64,000 nucleotides of DNA, taken from assembly GCA_010093705.1 (NCBI GenBank), contig MU006091.1, positions 1,674,001-1,738,000 of the forward strand, read 5' to 3'. Under the pieces are notes generated by a model that made no database searches, was not told the origin of the DNA, and saw nothing but the letters and a program-made list of their open reading frames with translations. This DNA is from Patellaria atrata CBS 101060. Its lineage: Eukaryota. Of the stretch, positions 50,901 through 61,676 are shown piece after piece. The position numbers and the translations under genes were made by a program. Every line of letters begins with the position of its first letter. The first letter of the stretch is position 1.

Positions 50901-53900
50901 TAGATCACTATTCAGAGCAGCGGCCTGAAGAGCGTTTCCGTAATCACCACCTTGCTTATTAGGATCCGCTCCTTTATCCAGCAGAATTTTGACGATCCCT
51001 TCACTTCCGTCGTATGCAGCTGCTGTGAGAGCGGTACCGTATCTATAAAAAAAATCAGTAACTCACTAAGGAAATAAGCATTAAAGATGGATATAACGCA
51101 CTCTTTGCCTTCGGCATTTGGATCCGCACCGAATCCAACCAGTAGAGCAACAGTAGATTCATTCTCATGATCAGATGCATCATACAACGATTTGTCAAGC
51201 ATCTCTTGGTTGGTCCCTCGCTTCTGCAATAGTTCAAGACATTCATCTCGTCCATAGGATGCCGCAAGGAAAAACGCATTCTGATGACGGATGGTACCGG
51301 AATGGTCAAGCAGTTTTTGGACAATATCAACATTGCCATTTTTCGACGCAATTGCAAGAGCTTGCTCCATGGATGGGTTGTCTGGATTTTTTTCTAGTAA
51401 AGCATGGACACAATCGGTGTGTCCATATGTTGCAGCTGCAGTGACAGCGCTTCCGTAAGTGTTGATCTTACGGTTAACATTCCACCCTTTCTCTAGCAGC
51501 AAACGTACCACGCCATCATGACCACTTCGCGCAGCAGCTCCAAGTGCGCTACCGTACCGATACTCTTCGTCCGGATCTACATCTGCTCCCTTATCGAGCA
51601 ACATCTCGCACGTCTCTCGATGGCCGAAGTACGCTGCAACGTTGATTGGTCTCAAATGTGTTCCACCAGTGATGTTGACATCCGCACCGTTGTCCAGTAG
51701 TATCTTAACTACATCTTTTCTGCCGTACTCCGCTGCAATATAAAGTGGAGTTCCGAACATCTCGTCTTTACCGTTCACGGTGGCTCCTTTTTCAATCATG
51801 TATTGAACCAGTGTAACATGACCTTCGGAAGCAGCATTCCACAGAGCGGTTTTCCCTCCGTCTCGTCGTTGAGCATTAATTTCCGCGCCACCCTTGAGAA
51901 GACGGTCGATCAAAGAGATATCACCTTTTCGACAGGCCCAATATAGTGGTTGGTAACCCCATAGATCCATTTCATGGAGCTCATCTTCATGATAGTTGTC
52001 AAGCAAGTAATCCAGAAGCGCAGCATAGCCGGTAAACGCAGCAACATGAACCGGAGTAAACTTTTCAGAGCCCGCAACGTCTTGTGTTTCTGCATAGCTC
52101 TTCCACCATATTTCCCTACTAGGTGACTCCTTGTACCAGAATGGGTCGCTGAGGTCAAGCTCTTGAACGAGATCAGGTGGCGCCTCCATAGCATGTTGAA
52201 TCCAAAAGTTTCCAGGATAGGTGAGCATTCGGGTTGGGGTATCTTCAATTTCGTTTTCTGCATCGTAATCCACAGCCTCTTCTTCTCCTGCGTTGGTCTC
52301 AATATCCTGTGTATCCGCTCCTTCGGTGGCATCATTTTCGACGCCTTCATCTTGTACTTGCTGATTATCATCCTGATCATACTCGAATCCTTTATCCTCA
52401 TCGCCGCTATTCTTTTCAACATGATCACTCGACGAAACCGGCTTTCGACCCACTTGTAGAGAAGCGGGAAGCGCATTGTTGGTCTCAATATCCGATAAAG
52501 CTGCATCACCCTGAACTTTCTCAGTGTTCGTGTTGTTATTGCGATTCTCATCATTCTCTTCCGAATTTGTATCATCTACACCGTCCTCTTCCTCATGCTC
52601 AATCTCTGCTTCTTCAGCTGCTGGCACTTCAGCCAAAGTAGTCTTGCGCACATAATCGAGGCAACGAAGGGCAATGATCCCATGCTGCAGGTCGACGGGC
52701 TCTAGAGATAGCTGGTCTTTGGCATATCGTTCCAGATGCTCTTTCGCTGCTTTGTCGATCCACTCGACCGTCTCATCATCGTATTCGTTTATTGTAATGA
52801 AACCTCCACAGCTTTGCACATGCCGCTTGAGAGCTTCCGCGTCATTACGCTCATATTCTGGTAGATCCGCTATAACAGCAAGGTCGTATATTGTGGGCGC
52901 TACTGCAGCGATGATGAGGCATCGAAAGATCTCTTTAGTATACTCTATTCCATAATTTGTCGGATTGAGTACCTGGTTAAAGAGTCAGTTTGGATCTTAT
53001 GCGGGATTGTATTTAGATTCTCTAAGCGCGCTTACTCTGCGACGAATGTGCTCGAAGATTTCCGTCAATCCGTAAGGGAAAGCTTCTAAAAACTTTCTTA
53101 TCGTCGAATTATCCACCTGAGCAGGATCGAGATTCTTTAATTCTTGAATCACCAGACTGACATATATGTAATTACTTTGCGCTTTTCCGTAGATATGTCG
53201 TTTAATGAAGTAGGCAAGTCCGGAATTGTACCCCTTTAACACCGCAAGTCTGTCAACCTCGTAGGAGATCTGGGCTTTAACACCGTCATTGATAAAACTG
53301 ATGTTCTCTTTATCTTCCATATCTATCACCAATGCGCCTTTCAACGCTTTTTCGATATCTGGTCGGCCCGACCTACTTAATAGAGTCCATTTGACCGGGG
53401 TATCCTCAGAGTTATCAGCGTCCTCGGAATTAACCTCATCTAGGTCTACAACTTTGTCCTTTTCCTCTGGTTCTGAGGCTATAAGATACAACTGAAGTAA
53501 CCCTAGAAACTCGGTTAAAGATTCAGTATCCATTTCATCCAACCCGTTGATAATAAAATGAACGGTGCCAACGCTGGAGTTCCGCAGAATATTCTGCATG
53601 TGATTCCACATAACAGACGCGGCGGCTACTTCAAATGTGATCTCAGAGTTGTCCCCCTTTTTACCCTTGGTCTGATCACTGAGGAGATATTCCGTCAGGT
53701 CTGGCTTCTTCTCTATCATTTGCCGTACTAGAACCTTGAAAACATCGAGAGAGCTTCTTCGATTAGGATCCTTTTCGTCGCAAAAGAAGTAGGCTGTAAA
53801 GACAGTCAGACTCTCGTCTTTGCTAGTTTCAGATTTCAAATCTTGAATAATCGAAGAGGCTATGACAGCTTGACCTTGACCGGCGGAACCATGAATCCAG

Positions 53901-55296
53901 AGCACCTGAGACTTCTCACTCTTTTTCCATTCGACGTATTGATCATTACTCGTAATCCAAGCGCCTTGGTTTGCAGGTCGACCTTTTACGCTTGCTTCCA
54001 TGTCTTTTGCCGGATCCGTTACCATCAGAGCGCGGAGAATTGCAATCCAAGCCCCGTCATCTACCAATGCTTGACGCTTTGCATTCTGGCGGCCCTTGAT
54101 GATACCACGAGACTTCTGCACCATGGTGCTTATCTCCCCTGAGACCGCCACGTACCGTCCGTCTTTAGGCCCTTCGAATTTATTGAGTTGAAAATGGTCA
54201 GAAGCTAGGGAACTTTTGTTGTATCCTAGGATAGTTGCTGAGTCTTCTTCCACAACATGTTCCTGTGCAAACACTTGTTAGGAAATTGTTCGCACTCGAA
54301 GTGAGGAGTAATATGAATACCATATGTTTCAAACCGGATCTGCCCAGTATGGTATGCTTGAGCAATAAGGCCGCTGTATCACTTTCATACTGTTCCCAAA
54401 AGCAGAACAAGCCGATCTTGGCATCTCTTGCAACGGAGACAAATTGCTCGAGTAAATCTTTAAGGAACTCATTTCCGGCCTCCAGAATTTTCATTAGGCC
54501 AGAATTGATACCTAGACCTACAGCGCTTGCTAGTTCAGCGAACATTGATGCTTTTGCTTGAGACTTCGTGCCCCTGAATGGAGTTCCTAGGAAAACGCAT
54601 CCAACTATAGAGCTAAAGATGTTGGGATAGTAATTCTGATGTAGTTTCGCGGCCAGAACTGCCTAAGCTTCAATTTCAGAGGGATGTTTATCATTGAATT
54701 ACCTGTTACTGACCCTTTCTGTGATAATACCGCCTAGACAGTGGCAAACAAAGACGATTGGTCGAGTTGATCCCCTCTGTGGATTCCATTAGTATATGAT
54801 CTTGTTGGGGGATGTTATTTAAGGACTGGGAACATCATACTGGTCTATTATAAACGAGAGCTTGCATCAACTGATTGGCAACATTCTCGAGTTTATTGTC
54901 AATGGCACCTTTTCCGAACCATTGGCTAGTATACTCGAAAACCATGATTCTGCAACTGGGAATCTTGCTATAGAGCATGTTTGCATCGGCCAGCCAATCT
55001 GTTTTCTCCTTTCTCCACGTATAGATTGGGTTTGCGCCCAGTCCAGGGACAGCGACGATACTGAGGGATGTTAGCTGTTACCCTACCCACCCCAGGACCT
55101 TGGTGACATACTCGACAGAGATTTCATGATTGCTTGACTTTCCCGCTTCATTGGGATTAGGGATAACTTTGAGACCTTGATTAATTTGCTGTGCGGCGTC
55201 ATTATCAAGACGGAAAACACGTCTTTGAGATGTTTCTCTTACAGTTTGATCTAGTTTCGAGTGCTTCGGCTTAGGATCACGGGTAACCGTTGCCAT
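47988..55296 (-). CDS. NLR-like protein: SesB-like alpha/beta hydrolase - NACHT-like domain - ankyrin repeats - acidic stretch - Q/P/S/G/Y-rich C-terminal tail (about 2200 aa)
   Basis: DIVAVPGLG, PIVFVCHCLGG, VFLGTPFRG, CFWEQ, HVVEEDSA, DHFQLNKF; then VLWIHGSAGQGQ, AYFFCD, FIINGLDE; more than 20 YGxALQAAA ankyrin repeats. Six canonical introns join the ORF pieces. Confidence 0.88.
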
Positions 55297-56122
55297 TATA
55301 TTGGTTCCATAAAACGGTATGCACCGCACAATATTCTAGATGTTTAAGCGGACACAGTCGTGATAATGAAATTACAATCTAAAATATACGGCATATAGAT
55401 CGAGGAAGCTTCATAAACAACACCAAGAAATAGAAAAGCACAAAGCAGCGAGAGAAGGTCTGATTTCGATAAGGTCTCCTTTATTGGTGAGACATTTCTT
55501 CTTTTGGAGACGTATCTCAGAGAGCTTCCAGAAGATATATCGAACAATAATCCTGGAGGCTTGTAGACAAGCATCTATTTAGAACTAAGGGGAGACATGC
55601 TGCAAGACGCGCGCTCGCGAGTAGTTTTGGGGGCGAGTTTCAAAGTTCTACGCCTTGCAGTCAGACGGTACGTTTGTTTCCCGGTTGGTGAGACTATTTA
55701 AGGGATACGCGAAGCCCGAAAGGGAATACTGTCGCTGACCAAAAGAAAATAGGATTTACAGCCTCCTTTGAAATTCCATAAGCCGCAAGGGTACCAGTAC
55801 AGTACAGGGCCTATATCTGAAACTCACGCCTAGATAAAGAACTACAGCGGAGTAGTTGATATATAGGGCGAGCCAATGTACTTGTACTTACGCGAGAGAA
55901 CCACACGCCAGACACAGGGCGGTTACAGTACGTAATCTGGTGGACTGGATATGGATATGTAGACATTTGAGGTAGTCAATGATAATAGTAGTAAGTGGGT
56001 CATATCAACAACATAAATTGCGGCAATGTTGATTGTTCAAGTAGTTGCTAGAAATTCGTAAAGGTACTATATCTGTCCGTGTCCTAGTTTTGAACCGAGG
56101 TCCAAACTCCAGGGGAGAAATA

Positions 56123-57227
56123 TCACCTTTCTTCACCTAAATCTGCCTTCCGCCTTTGCTGTTTCCGTCTCTCATGAAATCTTCTATTGTAAACTAGTGT
56201 GGCAATGAGGTTCTGAAGTACGAGGCCGAGCAAGACCAAGACCAGAGCGACAATGAGTGCCAGTGGCGCAATGATAGCAAAAACGGAAAATCCGTAAGAT
56301 ACCGCATGAAAAGCCTCGTTATCCTGGAGGTAGGTAGTGCCCAATCCAACTTGCATGGCTGACAGAGCAATGGTGGTATATGCAAATAAAGTGATTAATG
56401 AATTTACGTTGTCGCGGAAGAAGTCCCCATATGTTGTACAACTGCTGAGGTAGCCTCGTACTTTGCGCATCCGTAGCCGATATATCAGGTTGAGTCTACC
56501 CAGACGAAGCTCACCGTATTTATATCGCTTGTTGACGTCTAAGACATTGGGGGAGGTGAGAAATTGCGCGACGAGTACGGTCCATTTGGGCCAAGTCAGT
56601 TCCTCGGGTAGTAATCCCGCTTCCGTGGCCAATTTGAAATCACTTTGATGCTGAATAAGTGCCGTATAAGATTGTAGAAAGCCCATTGCGCAAGAATACA
56701 ACTGGTGACTCTTGCAAAGGTACTCTTCCCATACCTTTGGTTGTAACAGAAATCGAGGTATAGGTTTGATGTATATACGACGAGGAGACCACACGAGATG
56801 CAAATCCGTCTGTTCCGTAATGACTATTTCCCGCATCTTGATTTTTTGCACATGAAGTGGTCGAGGGGGCATAGGTAACCCAACAAGCCATAGGTGTTCA
56901 CTGATCTCGTTCAACCTCGTAACACTGAGCTCCTTCTGCAGATATTCCGAATCATTTGGACTGGCAAGTTCAATCTGATTGTTCTTATTTCGGTAGGAGG
57001 CTGAATAGAGCGGTGTCGCTACAGTGGGCTTCTGAAGTGTTCTATCTGAAGTTCCGGTTCCGCGCCTTGTAGGCGGTACAGCGTAATCGTCATTAGAACT
57101 ATCGTCGTCGAATATGCTTAAGGTAAACGGAGGGTATAGAGGCTCTTGTCCCTATCGGCGAAGTTAGTTCCTCTCTACTCTCTACTTAACAGAGATGGAA
57201 CGGAATGCAAACCTTTATGTCACCCAT
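56123..57227 (-). CDS. DUF6601-like fungal protein with two C-terminal TM helices; 5' end uncertain
   Basis: LSVTRLNEISEHLWLVGLPMPPRPLH, REIVITEQTDLHLVW, KPIPRFLL, RYKYGELRLGRLN, ALSAMQVGL. Frame is open up to an acceptor at ~57152. Confidence 0.8.
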
Positions 57228-57820
57228 TACGCCATATAGATTTACTGTATAGTTTGACTGCCTTCCAACTCAGCACACCAGTTCCAAGAAGAGAGATCTC
57301 ATAGCAGAGTGGAAAAGAGGAGATACATATTAGAATATATAGCACGCCCTATCTGCATTCTACCACATGAGGAAAAAGGTCGTCCCCATCCCCTCGTATT
57401 GATCGCAAGAGAATTTGGCCCCCATTATTGTCTCCATTAGTAGGGGTTGTTGCAGGCCTTGGAGCCCCAATTCCCGTCTTCTGTGGAGGGGGCTGAGTCA
57501 TGAAAGCTTATAGGCGTCCCCTGGGCCCTGGCTGCAGTTAGATGCGCCCGGAAATCCCGCCTGAATCGAGGCAACTCTGCCAATCTCACCACCAGAAGCC
57601 AACCTTCGGATGACGTCCCGTATGTGAAAAGCTTCGCGAAAGCTCTTTTTACAGACACACTCTGCGTCTCTATCCGAACCCCGTGTGATCACATTCCTGC
57701 GCTCACGTTCGCACTTATCAAAGGTTAAATCAGATTCAACACCAACAGCCTGGTTGCACCGTACGTTCTATCTTGAAATCCAAGCATGAGAACGATAGAA
57801 GGAGTCGTCGATACATCACC

Positions 57821-58972
57821 ATGCCTAGGGTGTATCCGACAATTGACGGCAAACCATCGAGCTCTCTCTCTCCATCCATCGTAGAGTCAATTGCTGGCTT
57901 TTCTGCTGGTGTAATGGCGACATTGGCCGTACATCCTTTCGATGTCCTTAAAACGCGCCTTCAATGTATGCTCGAATATACAACAATCAGCATGTGGATC
58001 TAACTTGCGCCTTAGTGGATCAGAATTATCAATCGAAACCAGGTGAATCTATCCGAATACTTCGCAATATCGTCCGCAATGAGGGTAGCTATGGCGCCCT
58101 GTACCGCGGTCTTATGCCGAACATGATCGGTAATTCTGTCAGTTGGGCATTATACTTTCTATGGTGGGTTTATTTCAGTGGCAATCCCGATCCATATTCC
58201 TCTGACACTTGAAGTGCAGGTATCGCAATTTCAAAGATGCCTTCCAAGAGTATAGAGGCGAGGGCGGTCGCTTGACATCTTTGGATTATTTCCTTGCCTC
58301 CGGAACATCAGGTGAGGGTTGCGTCAGGTCATGACCCTAAACACACTCTAATAGCATATATAGGTGTTATGACAGCAATCTGTACTAATCCAATATGGGT
58401 AATCAAGACGAGAATGCTCTCGAGTGGCCGCAATGCCCCCGGAGCATACCGCAACATCTGGCACGGTGTCACTGACATATATGGCAAGGAAGGCGGGGCC
58501 GGGTTCTACAGAGGGCTTTTACCATCCCTTTTCGGAGTATCTCATGGTGCTATTCAATTCATGGCCTACGAGCAGTTGAAGCATTACCGGGGCTCGAAGA
58601 TAGGAGGCGAATCCAAACTTAGCAACTTCGACTACCTCTATCTGAGTGCGCTTTCCAAGATCTTCGCGGGTAGCATAACATACCCTTATCAAGTCGTCCG
58701 TTCGCGGTTGCAGACCTATGATGCTCAACTTTCGAAGCGTTCTGCGCGAGATGTTGTACACCAGGTCTGGAAAGGAGAAGGCTGGCGTGGATTCTACAAA
58801 GGGTGCGATTTCCCGCCAGCATACATTCAAGGATTTACGAGCATGTGTTAACCATTTTAGACTTGCTCCGAATATTATCCGAGTCCTACCGTCAACATGC
58901 GTAACATTTCTTGTATACGAGAATACCAAGTTCTATTTACCCCGCTTCTGGTCGCCAGAGAAAAATCTCTAA
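57821..58972 (+). CDS. FLX1: Mitochondrial carrier, FAD/folate transporter-like
   Basis: Three PxDxxKxR-type repeats (HPFDVLKTRLQ, NPIWVIKTRM, YPYQVVRSRLQ), SWALYFLWY, VSHGAIQFMAYE, RVLPSTCVTFLVYE. Four introns. Confidence 0.9.
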
Positions 58973-59616
58973 AGGATGCAGTTTGAAACTGCGAACATCA
59001 TCTGTAATTATACAACCGTGTTTGGAGAATTGGTGCAGCCGGAACCAGCGTATTGTGTAGATACCCAGGACGCTTGAGTGGTACTGTATTTCGTAAAGTT
59101 AAGCCATTCTATGATCGCAATAGGAGTTGTCTGTCAAATTCATGGAAGGGTTCTGGAGAGCAGGTGTGCTTGCACTCTGTTTATCCTGACGGAGCATTGA
59201 TCTCTTTCATTCACCTGTGTCCAGATGATGAACGGCGTGTACAGTACTTATGATCGGATATGATTGCTCCTTGCGAGTTGCCAAATATCAAATATCACCA
59301 TCTACTCTCTTACTTGCAGTGCTGTATATCGATTGCGACCGCCTTCAACAACACTCTCGTATTTTTCATACAAGCTTCCACGCGTAATGAAGTAGCTCTA
59401 GAGTGTTGTAAAGAAGCTTGAATGATGCTGATGTGGTTGTATGCGCCAAGCAATAGAGATCAAGACCTATCTGGTACTATAATTAGAACTAGCCGACCCA
59501 CACAATAAATGCCAAAGGGAAAAATCATATCCGGAAATCGGCCCTCTGTTACCTCATTGTTGTGGTAATTCTTACTTATCTATTATATGTCTATTCACGG
59601 GCCGGCGAATAAACAA

Positions 59617-59768
59617 GCCTTCATAGCTCAGTTGGTAGAGTAATTACTCCCCCTTCTTCACCTTTTCGGCTTGAAATCAGCCCACTAACATTGTCAGGCG
59701 TTTCACTAGTAAAGATCAGGAAATACACTGGTATGAAAAGGTCATCAGTTCGATTCTGATTGAAGGCA
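59617..59768 (+). tRNA. tRNA-Thr(AGT) with a canonical 37/38 intron (59712-59732) and an additional 58-nt D-arm insertion with spliceosomal-intron signals (59640-59697)
   Basis: Acceptor GCCTTCA/TGAAGGC; D-stem GCTC/GAGC after removing 59640-59697; anticodon stem TTTCA/TGAAA with loop CT-AGT-A/A; T-arm ATCAG-TTCGATT-CTGAT. A and B boxes intact; oligo-T terminator follows. Confidence 0.9.
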
Positions 59769-59774
59769 TATCTA

Positions 59775-59791
59775 TTTTTTTGTTTTTTTTT
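59775..59791 (+). terminator. RNA polymerase III oligo-dT terminator of the tRNA gene
   Basis: TTTTTTT-G-TTTTTTTTT starting 7 nt after the discriminator base. Confidence 0.8.
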
Positions 59792-60444
59792 AATATTCTT
59801 GTTTGCCCGATATTCATTCTACCGAACAGTCAATATCAGGGGTAACGACTCCCTTTTTTCATTCTTCCGTATAGTAGACGCTCCTAGAAGAAGTCCAGAG
59901 CATCAAAGGGACGGTGAGTGTTTACAATCGAGCGTCAAAAGGGCTGTGCTACTCTGTACTGCGGTGACCACAAACATCTGCGGACAATTTGGAAGTGCTG
60001 GAGGGCTGAGTCACAATTGATTTTTCAGCATGTCTCGTGGCGTAGACATTCTTTGTGTTTCAAGTGCAAAACAATTATATAGTTCGATAGAACTAGAAAT
60101 TCAGCACAGTTATCATTATTATCCTACTACAGTGAAAAGGTATTTCGAGCATACTCCGTACACGACATCTAATGTCAAAAGATCATCAGGGGCTCGAGAA
60201 GGTCCGTGCATCCAAATTTCAGTATCAAGAACACCACCCCCTTGTCCCACCACCATCAGATTCTGAGCCTGTCTCACGACGACAGCGACGAAAAGGAAAG
60301 CGAAGTCCATCCCCACTGTTGATTCCACAAAGCTCAGAGAATCCCAATCTATCAAATTCAGCTCATCCCTTATCCCCGGTCCAGTATCTACAAGTACTGA
60401 CACACGATGCTCTCTCTATCCCATCTTCTCTCCCATTAACGATA

Positions 60445-61014
60445 ATGCCCCCAACATCCTCGATCCCTCTCCTCATCGCCTCCATTGGCAACCCTGGCCC
60501 CGCCTATGCCGACACGCTGCACTCCGCTGGCCACACTGCACTTGACGCTCTGCGTGTCCTTCTCAACTACCCATCCTTTTCCAAATCTCGTGCTCTCGGT
60601 AGTCTAGTCTCCCTCCCGCCGTCCCCCGACCTACCATGGACGCTCTACCAATCTCCAACCCTAATGAACGTGTCCGGTCCCGCCATTTCCTCTGTATGGC
60701 GCGCTTGGCCGTACTCTGGAGTGGGAGCCGGAGGCGTGTTGGTTATCGTGCACGACGAGTTGGAAAAGGGGTTGGGGAGCGTGAATGTGAAGAGGAGCGG
60801 GAGTCCGAGAGGCCATAATGGGCTCAAAAGTATTATCAAGTCCCTACCCGGGGTCGACTTTGTGAGAGTTGGAGTGGGGATCGGTAGGCCTGAGAGTAGG
60901 GAGCCGGGAGTAGTTTCGAACTATGTGCTCAGCAAGATGAACGGGAGAGAGAGGAAAGTCGTGGAGGATTCCGCGTGGGGGATTCTGAAGGCACTTCAGG
61001 AGATCAGGGGTTAG
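60445..61014 (+). CDS. PTH1: Peptidyl-tRNA hydrolase (Pth1 family); the ORF is open further upstream to ATG 60172
   Basis: LIASIGNPG, HSAGH, PTLMNVSG, LVIVHDELE, GHNGLKS, RVGVGIGRP. Confidence 0.9.
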   Translation: MPPTSSIPLLIASIGNPGPAYADTLHSAGHTALDALRVLLNYPSFSKSRALGSLVSLPPSPDLPWTLYQSPTLMNVSGPAISSVWRAWPYSGVGAGGVLVIVHDELEKGLGSVNVKRSGSPRGHNGLKSIIKSLPGVDFVRVGVGIGRPESREPGVVSNYVLSKMNGRERKVVEDSAWGILKALQEIRG

Positions 61015-61676
61015 TGTTGCGAGTGAAGCTATGATTGCGGACTGGGAAAAGTTTGCGAAGTTTGGAATGTGTTCGGTGATACTGCTTCCGGAGTTGAGGA
61101 AAACATATTCGCAAAAGACGGATCCGGTTCGATTACGAGACTGGATAGATAGGGGGCAAAGAGTTCCGTATGTTACGAAGAAGTATTAATGCTCTTGATA
61201 TGGATTCGACGCTGTGGATCCATGGATGCTGTACATAATTGTATAATTGTAAGGATATAACCTGTACATAGTATAGACTTCGTCATGACTCGGTAAACTA
61301 GAAAATCGATTGTAACCAAGGTTGATTTCATGTACTAGTGCTGCATAACACTACAATAGTTGGAATTTGTGTATCACTGCTCATCTACCTGATCCACGCT
61401 GGTAATTTTATATTACCACTCAAATTTCATCACATCTTATTCCCTTCCGGAATAGAGTGAAATTTTTCCTTAAAGTAGTTCAATCCACTTCAAAAACTAG
61501 GCGTCAAACTGCTCACATTCGATATGGTACTTGAATTATTAACAGTGTATAGCAGTACTTCCTATTGCCCAATGTAATATTGCATAAGTAGAAGAAATTG
61601 GGCAAAGGAATATTTTGCCAGTTAAGAGTTTTATAATACAACTATTCTTTGCACTGCGGCAAACATGCATGGTATC

